64,000 nucleotides of DNA from an uncultured Gastranaerophilales bacterium (lineage in GTDB: Bacteria; Cyanobacteriota; Vampirovibrionia; Gastranaerophilales; Gastranaerophilaceae). Below are positions 26,836 to 36,767 of this stretch, piece by piece (within the stretch, counting starts at the first letter, position 1; each line of letters starts with the position of its first letter). The translations under genes and the position numbers were made by a program. Below the pieces are notes generated by a model that saw only the letters and a program-made list of their open reading frames with translations, was not told the origin of the DNA and ran no database searches. The stretch lies in the NCBI GenBank assembly GCA_964017965.1, contig CAXHNV010000004.1:119771-183770 (forward strand), given 5' to 3'.

Positions 26836-26961
26836 CACCCCATACAGCCCCTCGCATTGTGTGGTATTGTTTCTTGGTCGAAAATAAATGATTTAAGGTA
26901 AGAGTATTCTCGGGCGAATGATGAAATGTTTACAGGCGGGGATGTATAAAGTTACCAAAAA

Positions 26962-28380
26962 TTATTTCTGCTTTAAGTATTCTAGTTCATATTCACAAAA
27001 TTCTGTTGGATTTGTCTTTTTTATTTCAAATGTTACAGACATAGTGTTGCCAATATAATTTTTATCAAGAATAAATTTTACAGTATATAATCCTTTTTCA
27101 AAAGAAAAGTCTTTTGTTTCGGCTATTTTAGAAAGATACTTATCTTTTAAATTTTCACAAAAAATTTTATTATACAAGCTACTACAATATTTTGAGAATA
27201 TCTTTAATTCAATTTTTATATCGTCCGCAAATTGTATGAAATCATATAACATATATGATTGTGGATATTGCTGATTACCTATAACACAATAGTATCTATT
27301 GTTATCTTCAGTATTATAAGAAAGTGCCTGATAATTACCACAGCCCTCAGAATAATTTGCATATTTATATGAGGCTATTGGAAAACCTAATTCAGCCATA
27401 AAACCTAATGATAAATCTAAAGCAATATCTGTATCAGTTTGAGGAGAATCTAAATGTTTATATCTTTGTTTAAATTCTTCAACCATTTTTTCTATATTTA
27501 AATCGACATCATAACCGCCATATGCACTAAGAAAAAAATGTTGCCATAATTTAAGCTGTCCAATATTTACTCCGCATAATTTAAAAGTTTTATAAGCGAA
27601 TTTAAATGAAGAAATGTGTTTATGTAGATTCTCTCGTAATACAGACATGCTTGTTAATATAGTTTCGTATTTAGCATAAACATAAATAACAAAACATATT
27701 GGATATAAAAATAAAGTATACATTATTGGTAACAATAATATTTGCAATGAATGAATATTGAACAATTGCATAGGCTCTTTAAATGCCCAAATGCTACTGT
27801 GTAAAATTATAAAAGCACCTATAAACATTTGAATTCCGTTTAAAAGTTGCTTAGCCTCTTTTACATTTTGAGTTTCTTCTTTAAAATATTCCATATAGGT
27901 ACTTGTAGTACATAATAATGTTACAAAAGCTACTAATACAATTTCAACAAAAATATTAAAATCATGAAAATTGACAAAAAATTCTAAAAAATAAATAGCT
28001 GAAAAATAACCTACAATATTATCTTTATAAATCTTATGAAAATTATCTGTACCAATTGCTTTGCCAAATAATAGTAATCCACCGACAATAGAAAATATAG
28101 TATCTTTTAATAGTGTATTGTCCCAAACATTACACTTAAACATTAAATAAGTTACTGCTATTAAATACATAGTTGGAATTAAAAAGAGTATAGTTAATTT
28201 GGAAAAAAATATCAACTTTAAAACCCGTAGTAGAGCTTTTCTTACATCAAGACTTTTTATCAAACAATATGACAAAAAAGCAATAATTAAAAATGCAATT
28301 GCATACTCCCTATTAGAAATTGAAGTAAAAAATATTTCCATAAAGTGATTATTACAGAAATGATTTATTTTCTCAAGCAT
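26962..28380 (-). CDS. Hypothetical multi-pass membrane protein (472 aa) with soluble C-terminal domain
   Basis: About 7 hydrophobic spans in the N-terminal 250 aa and a Tyr/Cys-containing soluble C-terminal half. No family recognised. Very AT-rich. Confidence 0.45.
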   Translation of the reverse strand: MLEKINHFCNNHFMEIFFTSISNREYAIAFLIIAFLSYCLIKSLDVRKALLRVLKLIFFSKLTILFLIPTMYLIAVTYLMFKCNVWDNTLLKDTIFSIVGGLLLFGKAIGTDNFHKIYKDNIVGYFSAIYFLEFFVNFHDFNIFVEIVLVAFVTLLCTTSTYMEYFKEETQNVKEAKQLLNGIQMFIGAFIILHSSIWAFKEPMQLFNIHSLQILLLPIMYTLFLYPICFVIYVYAKYETILTSMSVLRENLHKHISSFKFAYKTFKLCGVNIGQLKLWQHFFLSAYGGYDVDLNIEKMVEEFKQRYKHLDSPQTDTDIALDLSLGFMAELGFPIASYKYANYSEGCGNYQALSYNTEDNNRYYCVIGNQQYPQSYMLYDFIQFADDIKIELKIFSKYCSSLYNKIFCENLKDKYLSKIAETKDFSFEKGLYTVKFILDKNYIGNTMSVTFEIKKTNPTEFCEYELEYLKQK

Positions 28381-28591
28381 TGAAATTATATCTGTTTTTA
28401 GGTCATACTTTCTTGTAAGTAAAACGCCACAAATCTGCTTATTCTTAATCCCGTTATAAAAAAACTGATGTTCTTTTCCGGCAAAATGTTCTCCTAAGCT
28501 AACAGAAAAATAGCCGACATGGCTAATTGACCTTACCCCAAGTTTAATAGTTATATATTGTTAAGGGATATTATAAGGACAGAGTAGAGCT

Positions 28592-28906
28592 ATGAGCGAA
28601 AAAGAATCTTTTGTAATCATTATTGAGAAAAATACCATTACTAAATTACTTAAAATAATCTGCCCCGAAGATAATACGCTGATGAAGAATGAAAATCTTT
28701 CACCTAACGAACACATCCCACTCACAGAACGAGAACGCGAAATACTTAAACTAATAACACAAGGTAAAAATAATAACGAAATAGCGACCGCCCTTGAACT
28801 AAACATACATACAATTAAGTCTGATGTGTGTTCAATTCTTCAAAAACTCGAAGTCACAGACAGAGTTCAAGCTGCAGTCAAAGCCGTTAAACAAAACCTC
28901 GTCTAA
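28592..28906 (+). CDS. LuxR/GerE-type helix-turn-helix protein (solo, short N-terminus)
   Basis: LTEREREILKLITQGKNNNEIATALELNIHTIKSDVCSILQKLEVTDRVQAAV is a canonical GerE HTH. Only about 45 aa precede it. Confidence 0.75.
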   Translation: MSEKESFVIIIEKNTITKLLKIICPEDNTLMKNENLSPNEHIPLTEREREILKLITQGKNNNEIATALELNIHTIKSDVCSILQKLEVTDRVQAAVKAVKQNLV

Positions 28907-28945
28907 ACTGGACGAATTCTCTAAATTTTTGTATAATTATCATAA

Positions 28946-30697
28946 ATGAAAGGATACAAAATGAGAGATTATGAATTAAACCTATCTATAGAAGAATTAG
29001 AAAAACGTACTCACAAAGATTATTTAGTAACAAAAACAATGCTTAAAGAGGATTCACCTGAATACACCGCACTTGCAGAAGGTGATAAAAAAGCACTTAA
29101 ACACCTCGTTAAAGCTGCTTACATCCTCGAAAAAATAAATAAACAAATCGATAACCCACATAACCTACCGTTCGAAGAATACCTAAACAAAGAAATCTCT
29201 AACGGTAACAAACAAGCAGAATTGACAAAAATCCTCTACGACGCCCAAAAAGGTCTCTGCGCAATCGATAGAGAATCAAACATCATAGAACTTGCAAAAG
29301 GTGTTCACGCAACATTAGGTAAAGGCGCATACCCTGAAGATTTGGGCAAAGAAGAGTTTCAACAAATTGTTCTAAAAATGCTAAAATCAGGCAAAATAGA
29401 AGAACTTCGTACAATGCTTAACCAACGTTCAGTCGTTGAAAGACAAGGTGACGAACTCGTCGCAATCGACTATATTGATAAGTTTAAAGAAGATTTTGCT
29501 CTTATGGCAGATGAACTTGAACAAGCTGCAAAAGTTTCTACAAACAAAGATTTTAACGAATATCTTGAACTGCAAGCAAAAGCTCTAAGAACTCCTGATC
29601 CGATGCTTGATGCCTACGCAGATAAAAAATGGGCAACACTTCAAGATACACCATTGGAATTCACCATAACACGTGAAAACTACTCGGATGAACTAACAGA
29701 AAGTGTTATAGAAAACGAAGAGCTAAAAGCCCTATTAGAACAACACAAAATAACACCAATAGGAAAAGATTTCTTAGGCGGAAGAGTCGGAATAGTAAAC
29801 AAAAAAGGAACCGAAGCTATCCTAAAAGTTAAAGACTTTCTTCCTCTCATGGCAGACAATATGCCGTTCAAAGACGAGTACACCCAAAACATCTCTCCTG
29901 ATAAGGATTCTAAGCAAACAATGGTCGATGTTGACCTTGTAACCGTATCGGGTGATGTCGGAGAGTTCCGCGCAGGTATAACCCTGGCAGAAAATCTTCC
30001 AAACGATGACAAGTTATCATTAACAATTGGCGGCGGTCGTAGAAACGTATACCACAGACAAATACGTCTAATAACAAGCGAAGATTCGAAAAAGAAGCTT
30101 CAAGAACGTCTTGACGCTATCCTAAACAAAGACCAGCACAAATACTACAACGATGAAGCAGACCACTGGTTCACAATAGGTCACGAAAATGCCCACTCTC
30201 TTGGACCAAACTCAGGAACAGAGGCGCTCGGCAAATACAAATCAATCATAGAAGAAAACAAAGCAGACATAACATCACTTGCTATGCTTGATGTGCTTGA
30301 GCAAAACGGAATGTACACAAAAGAAGAAAAAGAACAAATAATTGTAACCTACGCAGCAGATAACATGCTTAAATCTAAACCAACTCTAAGTCAAGCTCAC
30401 AGAGTTCGTTCAGTAATGCAAAACTATTATTTCCTTAAAGAAGGCGCAATAGAAATCTCTGCTGACGGGGTTCTAACAGTTAACATTGAAAAGATGATTC
30501 CGACAGCTCAAAAAATGCTTGAAGAAATCATTCGAATCCAAATCGACGGAGACTTTAACAAAGGCGAAAAATACGTCCTCGAAAACTTCCAATGGACACC
30601 GGAAATGGATTTAATAGCAGAAAAAATAAAAAAAGTCTCAAAATCCCTCAACGGTAAAGTTGAAGAACCTCTGGCAACTGTTCTTCTAAATTCATAA
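28946..30697 (+). CDS. Zinc metallopeptidase, DPP III (M49)-like
   Basis: HENAH (HExxH) followed about 27 residues later by EENKAD, as in bacterial M49-like enzymes. An alternative start at 28961 (MRDYELN) has a better RBS. Confidence 0.55.
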   Translation: MKGYKMRDYELNLSIEELEKRTHKDYLVTKTMLKEDSPEYTALAEGDKKALKHLVKAAYILEKINKQIDNPHNLPFEEYLNKEISNGNKQAELTKILYDAQKGLCAIDRESNIIELAKGVHATLGKGAYPEDLGKEEFQQIVLKMLKSGKIEELRTMLNQRSVVERQGDELVAIDYIDKFKEDFALMADELEQAAKVSTNKDFNEYLELQAKALRTPDPMLDAYADKKWATLQDTPLEFTITRENYSDELTESVIENEELKALLEQHKITPIGKDFLGGRVGIVNKKGTEAILKVKDFLPLMADNMPFKDEYTQNISPDKDSKQTMVDVDLVTVSGDVGEFRAGITLAENLPNDDKLSLTIGGGRRNVYHRQIRLITSEDSKKKLQERLDAILNKDQHKYYNDEADHWFTIGHENAHSLGPNSGTEALGKYKSIIEENKADITSLAMLDVLEQNGMYTKEEKEQIIVTYAADNMLKSKPTLSQAHRVRSVMQNYYFLKEGAIEISADGVLTVNIEKMIPTAQKMLEEIIRIQIDGDFNKGEKYVLENFQWTPEMDLIAEKIKKVSKSLNGKVEEPLATVLLNS

Positions 30698-30723
30698 AAC
30701 TATAAAAAATAACACAAACAAAA

Positions 30724-30757
30724 ACGTCTGATATACGCTATATCAGGCGTTTTTATT
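30724..30757 (+). terminator. Rho-independent terminator
   Basis: 12-bp stem ACGTCTGATATA/TATATCAGGCGT with a 3-nt loop, followed by TTTTATTGTTTT. Confidence 0.85.
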
Positions 30758-30891
30758 GTTTTGTAAAGAAGTGTTAAGAATATAAAACAAAAAAGGCAAT
30801 TTTTAAGAAGCGATATACTTTATATATACATAAGAGATAATTAAATCTCGAAGGATAATTAGGATAATTAGAATATTAGAGGATATAGGAT

Positions 30892-31095
30892 ATGGCATTA
30901 GGACAATTCGGTAGTTTAACTTACAACACAAACAAAAACACTTACGGCTACTCAATCTCAAATGATTTCGGAATGAATACTATTTTAAAGACTTTGGGTA
31001 AAGCTAATTTCACAAATCCAATTGCTAACAACGCACCGCAAGAAAATGCTTTAGAAAACTTAGCAGAAGACGGTCACGTTGAAGTATTAAGCTAA
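30892..31095 (+). CDS. Hypothetical small protein (67 aa)
   Basis: Stand-alone ORF between two terminators. Upstream is TGTAAAGAAGTGTTAAG (a degenerate TGTAA box pair). No motif recognised. Confidence 0.3.
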   Translation: MALGQFGSLTYNTNKNTYGYSISNDFGMNTILKTLGKANFTNPIANNAPQENALENLAEDGHVEVLS

Positions 31096-31170
31096 TTTTT
31101 GGATTACTACGTCTATTTTAGGGGTTAATGTGCACCATAATGCTATTATCTATTCTAATTATCAAAATAT

Positions 31171-31194
31171 GAGCCGTAAAGGCTCTTTTTTTTT
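31171..31194. terminator. Terminator hairpin between convergent genes
   Basis: GAGCC-GTAAA-GGCTC followed by T9 on the plus strand. Confidence 0.65.
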
Positions 31195-31206
31195 GCCCCA
31201 AAAAGA

Positions 31207-33954
31207 TTATTTTATACGTTTTAGAGAAGAGATAAAGTTGTTACGTTCAACATCACCTTCAACCTTAGTCAAGAAAATCTGACAATCTTTTTCTTCCGCC
31301 TCAATATTAGGAATCTCCTTAACTTCCTGATTATAAAGGTTATAAAGGGTTTTACTTGTTAATGGAAGGTGACTTGCAAGACTGCTCAAAGAAATGTGTC
31401 TCAACACTCCATAGATACCTTTATTTTTGTTAGAAAACTTCGTATAAATTCTCAATGAAGCATCGCGATTTTCAAGGTCAAATCTACCGGCAATATAAGA
31501 ACTCAGTTGAGGTGCTGCTGATTTAATGTTAATTCGTTCAACAACATTATCTTTCATTAATAAATGACCTGATATAGTATTAAATTCGCCTTTTGGAATA
31601 TTTACCAAATCCCAAATAGTAGTCGGAGAAATCATCGCAAGAGGGTTTCTGAATATTGAAGCAATATTCAATACATACTGCAAGAATCCGACTGTACCAA
31701 TAGTACCGTCTTTTATTTCAAACTTAATTTCGCCGTTTAGTTTCAGACTGTTATCTGTATGTAACTCAATTAGTCCGCGTGCTTTACCGCTTATCTCATC
31801 CTTTAGCCCCAGTAAAGATGATGCAACAATATTAGAATCAACATCTTTTACACCGAGTCTTACTTTATAAATATGTTTTTTCAAATCACAGAACACTTTA
31901 CAAGAAGATATACCTTCTGCAAAACCAAATCTATTTGAATTCAATTCCAGAATAGAATTTTCGTTTAATGACATTGTTGCAACCAAATCGTCGATATGAA
32001 TATCATTATAAATCCCTTCATTCATTTTGAAAGAACAGCTTTTTATAATCAGATTAGAAGTATCAAATGTTGGCACAACATCGTCATCATTAGATAAATC
32101 AGCTTTTTGAGTAGTAGCTTCTCCTTGCATATTCATTGATTCAAGCATTTTGCCAATATTAATTTTATCAATTGCAAGATTCAACTTATTTATTACAATA
32201 GGGAATGCGATATTATTAACGAATTCACCGTCGAGATTATATTTAGTTCTTCTATATCTACCATTAGCATTGATATTAATTGTATCGAAATTGGTAGATA
32301 AAGTACCCTTTTCAACATAAATACGTTGAGAAGGAACCCTTATTTTCGAAAGGTTAATATTACCAAAAAGTTTTACACCCTTAGGACCGTCGATTGCTTT
32401 CAGTTTACCGACAACAGTACCGCCTTTGAACAAATCTGCACGTGCAACCATATTCAAAAACTCACTTGGTAAAGGTTCAGAGACTTCAAATCCCATTTCT
32501 TTAAAGTTTATATCTTTTGAAAAATCAATTTTACCTGTTAACTGAAGTATTTTATGATAAATATTTTCTGTATTGTTTTGTTCGGTTATATAGTAATTAA
32601 GTTTTTTCAAATCAAGCATCATATCCTTAATCTGCATATCAGCAAGAAGAATTCTTTGTAATTTATACTTACTCAAGGGTTCTCCGCCAATCAGGATATC
32701 ATTATCAGCATTAACCCAGAATATCCAGCGCATATCTACGACATTATTTAGCATAGATACGTGTAATTTAGTATCTGCATCACTTTTTAATTCAATTGGA
32801 TAACCTACCATTTTAGATAAATAATTTTTCATAAAATCGTTTGATACTTTTGCATTGATATCGACATTTGTATCAAATGTTTTCATATAATCTTTTACAG
32901 TACCGGTAAGTTTAATATCGTTTTTCGGACGCTTGTCATAATGTCCTACAAAATCGTTCAAAAAGATATCGTTATTTGTTATTTTAACGTTACCTTTAGT
33001 AACTGTAAGCGGAATATTATCAATCGGAACAAGACCAAAGTTAACCTTTTTGATACATACATTACCGCTTTGCCCTTTATTATTCATATTAAAATTAAAA
33101 TCAAAAAGCCCCTTAATATCAGAGAAGAATGCTAACAGCTCTGAACCGTTCGGGATAAGGATATTTGATTCAATAATATCAACAACATTTTCGACTTTAA
33201 AATCATTAGAAAATACGTCAATATTAAACCTGTTACGTTTATCCATTTTAGCGTTTATATTGACAATAGATTCGTTTAATCTTAACTTACAATTATCGAC
33301 AACAAGCTTATCTCTTTCGATATAAACGTTATTATCATCATCAAACACAACATTTATAATATGTTTATCTTTTATGACGTTTGTTGCAAGATAAAAGTGT
33401 AAATAATTCTTTTTCTTAGATTTTGCAAGGTAGATATCATCAATCCAAACATCGTATAAAACACCGTTTGCATCGTATAAGATACGAACATCATCGACAT
33501 CAATATCAGCATTAAAGAAGCCAAATTCCCAGTCACAAGGCTGAGGTTCTTTCTTTTCACCGGCAGGGAATAAACTAATAAGCTTCGTTGCATCAACGAA
33601 GAACTTAGGGGACTTTAATGTCCTTAATTCTACACGTTTATTAAAAAGTTTTGCAAAAGACAAAGCAACGTCACAATCATCAAGACGTAAATAGTTTTGA
33701 TTATCTTTATCAATAGAAATTTTATCAACAGAGAATTCTATTATCGGAGACAGTTTAGTTTTCAATACAGGTTTTTCAATCGTCAAGGACGCATTTGTAA
33801 GCTTGTGAAACTCGTTTTTAACAATATTCTGTACAATTTCTGACGATACAGCTTTTGGCAGCAAAAACAAGTATAAAAACAAAGCTACAAAAACTAAACC
33901 GAACACAAATAATCCGATAAATAAATTTATTTTATTATTCTTAGACATTTTCAT
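31207..33954 (-). CDS. AsmA/TamB-like large envelope protein
   Basis: Single N-terminal TM anchor (INLFIGLFVFGLVFVALFLYLFLL) followed by about 880 aa of beta-rich Asn/Lys/Ile/Asp sequence, as in AsmA-family outer-membrane biogenesis proteins. Confidence 0.45.
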   Translation of the reverse strand: MKMSKNNKINLFIGLFVFGLVFVALFLYLFLLPKAVSSEIVQNIVKNEFHKLTNASLTIEKPVLKTKLSPIIEFSVDKISIDKDNQNYLRLDDCDVALSFAKLFNKRVELRTLKSPKFFVDATKLISLFPAGEKKEPQPCDWEFGFFNADIDVDDVRILYDANGVLYDVWIDDIYLAKSKKKNYLHFYLATNVIKDKHIINVVFDDDNNVYIERDKLVVDNCKLRLNESIVNINAKMDKRNRFNIDVFSNDFKVENVVDIIESNILIPNGSELLAFFSDIKGLFDFNFNMNNKGQSGNVCIKKVNFGLVPIDNIPLTVTKGNVKITNNDIFLNDFVGHYDKRPKNDIKLTGTVKDYMKTFDTNVDINAKVSNDFMKNYLSKMVGYPIELKSDADTKLHVSMLNNVVDMRWIFWVNADNDILIGGEPLSKYKLQRILLADMQIKDMMLDLKKLNYYITEQNNTENIYHKILQLTGKIDFSKDINFKEMGFEVSEPLPSEFLNMVARADLFKGGTVVGKLKAIDGPKGVKLFGNINLSKIRVPSQRIYVEKGTLSTNFDTININANGRYRRTKYNLDGEFVNNIAFPIVINKLNLAIDKINIGKMLESMNMQGEATTQKADLSNDDDVVPTFDTSNLIIKSCSFKMNEGIYNDIHIDDLVATMSLNENSILELNSNRFGFAEGISSCKVFCDLKKHIYKVRLGVKDVDSNIVASSLLGLKDEISGKARGLIELHTDNSLKLNGEIKFEIKDGTIGTVGFLQYVLNIASIFRNPLAMISPTTIWDLVNIPKGEFNTISGHLLMKDNVVERINIKSAAPQLSSYIAGRFDLENRDASLRIYTKFSNKNKGIYGVLRHISLSSLASHLPLTSKTLYNLYNQEVKEIPNIEAEEKDCQIFLTKVEGDVERNNFISSLKRIK

Positions 33955-33992
33955 ATTTCCAAATCCAATTTTATTATATCATGAAAACCTTT

Positions 33993-34946
33993 TTACAAAA
34001 CACAGCGGACTCTATGAGTTTCAGAGAGTTCAATAAAATTCGGACATTTCAAGTCGCAATCATCGTTTGAATATTTACATCGAGAAAAGAACTTACAACC
34101 CTGAGGAAGTTCTAAAGGTAAATCACCCTGCAACATTTCAGAGCGTTCTTTCTTGAATTTTGGAACAGCATTAAGAAGCGCCTTTGTATAAGGGTGAACA
34201 GGGTTATCATAAATTTCATTAGTCAGCCCCTGTTCAAGTACTTCACCAAGATACATTACTGAAACTTTGTCTGACAAGTATTTGATAACGCTCAAATCGT
34301 GCGATATGAACAAAATAGTGAGATTAAACTCTTTTTTCAAATCATTCAGAAGATTTATTATTTGCGCCTGAATACTGGCATCCAATGCACTAACAGGCTC
34401 ATCCGCTATAATAAGTTTTGGTTTTAATATCAAAGCTCTTGCGATAGCTATTCTTTGACGTTGACCGCCTGAAAACTCGTGAGGATAAAGCTCCAATGCG
34501 TTTGGTTTTAACCCGACCTTTTCTATTATCTCTACTATAAGTTTATCTTTTTCTTCTTTTGAATAATCCGTATTTATATCGAGTGTTTCGCGCAGAATAT
34601 CTTTAATTTTCATCTTAGGGTTAAGGCTTGAATAAGGGTTTTGAAATATCATCTGAACATTATGACGATAGTTTCTCAGCTCATCTTTAGAGTATTTCAT
34701 AATATCTTCATTGTTATAAAGAATATTACCTTCATAAAACGGAACCAGACGCATAATAGCTTTAGCCAGCGTTGATTTACCGCAGCCTGATTCACCTGCA
34801 ATAGAATATATCTCACCCTCGTTTATAGTTAAAGAAACACCGTTAACAGCGTTCACAACTCTTTCTGAACCAACTTTTGATACTTTATATCTAACCTTTA
34901 AATTATTTATTTTTAAGATAGTTTTTCCCATAATATGATTATTCAA
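33993..34946 (-). CDS. ABC transporter ATP-binding protein, OppF/DppF type
   Basis: Walker A GESGCGKST, signature FSGGQRQR, Walker B LIIADEP, and a Cys-containing oligopeptide-type C-terminal extension. No permease is adjacent. Confidence 0.85.
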   Translation of the reverse strand: MNNHIMGKTILKINNLKVRYKVSKVGSERVVNAVNGVSLTINEGEIYSIAGESGCGKSTLAKAIMRLVPFYEGNILYNNEDIMKYSKDELRNYRHNVQMIFQNPYSSLNPKMKIKDILRETLDINTDYSKEEKDKLIVEIIEKVGLKPNALELYPHEFSGGQRQRIAIARALILKPKLIIADEPVSALDASIQAQIINLLNDLKKEFNLTILFISHDLSVIKYLSDKVSVMYLGEVLEQGLTNEIYDNPVHPYTKALLNAVPKFKKERSEMLQGDLPLELPQGCKFFSRCKYSNDDCDLKCPNFIELSETHRVRCVL

Positions 34947-34976
34947 TAAATAAAAAATTTTGCTATCAACAACTTA

Positions 34977-35579
34977 CTATAATTCTCTACGACCTTCCAA
35001 CGCTTTTGCGATAGTAATTTCATCAGCGTACTCAATATCAGAGCCGATAGGAATCCCGAATGCGATTCTTGAGATTTTTATCCCGAAAGGTTTAACAAGT
35101 TTTGTCAGGTAAAGACAAGTAGCTTCACCTTCAACAGAAGGACTTAGAGCAAGTATAAGCTCTTTCACGTCGTTATCAACCAATCTGGTTAAAAGCTCTT
35201 TTATTCTAATATCTTCAGCACCTATTCCGTCGATTGGAGAGATAAGCCCTTGTAAAACGTGGAACAAACCTTTGTACTCATTAGTTTTTTCGATAGCAAT
35301 CAAGTCTCTTGTTTCAGCAACAACACAAATGGTTGATTTATCGCGGGCTGTAGAGCTGCAAATTTCACAGGGAGAAGTATTTGAGAGGTTAAAACAAACC
35401 TCACATGTGCAGGTTTGAGCTTTTGCATTAACAATAGCTTCCGCTAAGCTTTCAACTTCTTGATTACTCATTTTAAGAATTTGAAAAGCCATTCTCTGTG
35501 CAGATTTGGGACCTATTGACGAGAATTTCTTTAAATGTTCTATGAGTGTAGCTATCGGTTTTGGATAAATCATTAGCAA
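34977..35579 (-). CDS. recR: Recombination protein RecR
   Basis: HhH N-terminus, Cys4 finger CEVCFNLSNTSPCEIC, Toprim domain. Confidence 0.95.
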   Translation of the reverse strand: MLMIYPKPIATLIEHLKKFSSIGPKSAQRMAFQILKMSNQEVESLAEAIVNAKAQTCTCEVCFNLSNTSPCEICSSTARDKSTICVVAETRDLIAIEKTNEYKGLFHVLQGLISPIDGIGAEDIRIKELLTRLVDNDVKELILALSPSVEGEATCLYLTKLVKPFGIKISRIAFGIPIGSDIEYADEITIAKALEGRREL

Positions 35580-35905
35580 AGTCCGGGAATACTGATACCG
35601 CCTGTTACTGACTTGATTTTTGCTTCCATTTCATCACTCGCTTTTTTAGAAGTTTGAGTAATTGCTGTAATGATAGCATCTTCCAATGTTTCAATAGTAT
35701 CTTCATCAACTGATTCCGGATTTTCAGGGTTGATTAATTCTGCAGAAAGTTTAATAGATTTGAATTTACCCTGTCCGTCACAGATAACTTTAACAGCGCC
35801 GTTTAAAGCTTCACCTGAAACTTCAGTGTTTGATAATTCAGTTTGCACATCTTTCAATCTCTTCTGGATATTTTGTGCTTGCTGCATCATTTGCATAATA
35901 TTCAT
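35573..35905 (-). CDS. ybaB: Nucleoid-associated protein YbaB/EbfC
   Basis: 110 aa. MQQAQNIQKRLKDVQTEL... matches the family pattern, and it lies immediately upstream of recR. Confidence 0.9.
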   Translation of the reverse strand: MNIMQMMQQAQNIQKRLKDVQTELSNTEVSGEALNGAVKVICDGQGKFKSIKLSAELINPENPESVDEDTIETLEDAIITAITQTSKKASDEMEAKIKSVTGGISIPGLC

Positions 35906-35969
35906 AAGAATTTACTCCTCCTAATTACACTAATTTTACCCCTTAGCTTTTTTATTATACAATAAAAGT

Positions 35970-36767
35970 ATGAAAAGTTACACCTATTTAAACGAAAGTG
36001 TTAAAAACGGTTATATGCTCAGGTGGAGCAAAATGCCTATTGCTGTTTACATTGCTCCTATGAAATTCTACTCTAAAAGGGGCGAAGAAGCAATCTATAA
36101 CAAACTCGTATATAGAGCGCTGGAAGCATGGGAGAGTGTAAGCGAAGGACTTGTACAATTCAGAATGGTTAATTCTTTGTACGATTCACAAATAAACATC
36201 GACTGGAGAAGGGTAGACAGAAAAGCTCTCGGACACTGCACTTATAACTACAATAATCAACAAGTATTATACGGAGCGGATGTTTCAATCGGGTTAACTG
36301 ACGGAACTATTCACCAACAATACGATTCAACCGATGAAGTTTATCATACAATCCTGCACGAAATAGGACACGCACTCGGATTAGGACACAGTCCTTATAA
36401 ATCAGATATTATGTATACTCCGCATCAATACGGAGTGGTTAGCTTGTCTTTAAACGATGCCTATTCAATCCAATGTTTGTATTGCCTACCGCCTGCAACG
36501 CCGGTCAGACAAATTGCTGCTCAATACTCTGTTATGACAGACCACGATATTGATTTGGTCATCTCAAAACTCGATGAAAAATACCAACAAGAATCTACCG
36601 GAGAAACCCCGCAACCTGTCCAAAATTATCAGCCGCAAAGAGATTTACTCGATGAAACAGCAGGGATTGCCGACATTCAAAAATATCACCTTATGATACA
36701 AAGTGTAGGACTATCAAATAATATGCAAAAGTTCTTTATTGACCAGCACAGAAAGAACAATCAATAA
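35970..36767 (+). CDS. Matrixin-like zinc metalloprotease (M10 family)
   Basis: HEIGHALGLGHS zinc-binding motif followed by a Met-turn candidate (DIMYTP). Confidence 0.7.
   Translation: MKSYTYLNESVKNGYMLRWSKMPIAVYIAPMKFYSKRGEEAIYNKLVYRALEAWESVSEGLVQFRMVNSLYDSQINIDWRRVDRKALGHCTYNYNNQQVLYGADVSIGLTDGTIHQQYDSTDEVYHTILHEIGHALGLGHSPYKSDIMYTPHQYGVVSLSLNDAYSIQCLYCLPPATPVRQIAAQYSVMTDHDIDLVISKLDEKYQQESTGETPQPVQNYQPQRDLLDETAGIADIQKYHLMIQSVGLSNNMQKFFIDQHRKNNQ

Noticed and set aside
26532-26843. 103-aa minus-strand ORF (Phe/Leu/Ile-rich) across the micro-ORF region
   Set aside because: It is the antisense reading of A-rich Lys/Pro codons (AAA gives TTT). The plus-strand units each have an RBS and a conserved peptide motif, so the antisense ORF is most likely an artefact. 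I cannot fully exclude it.
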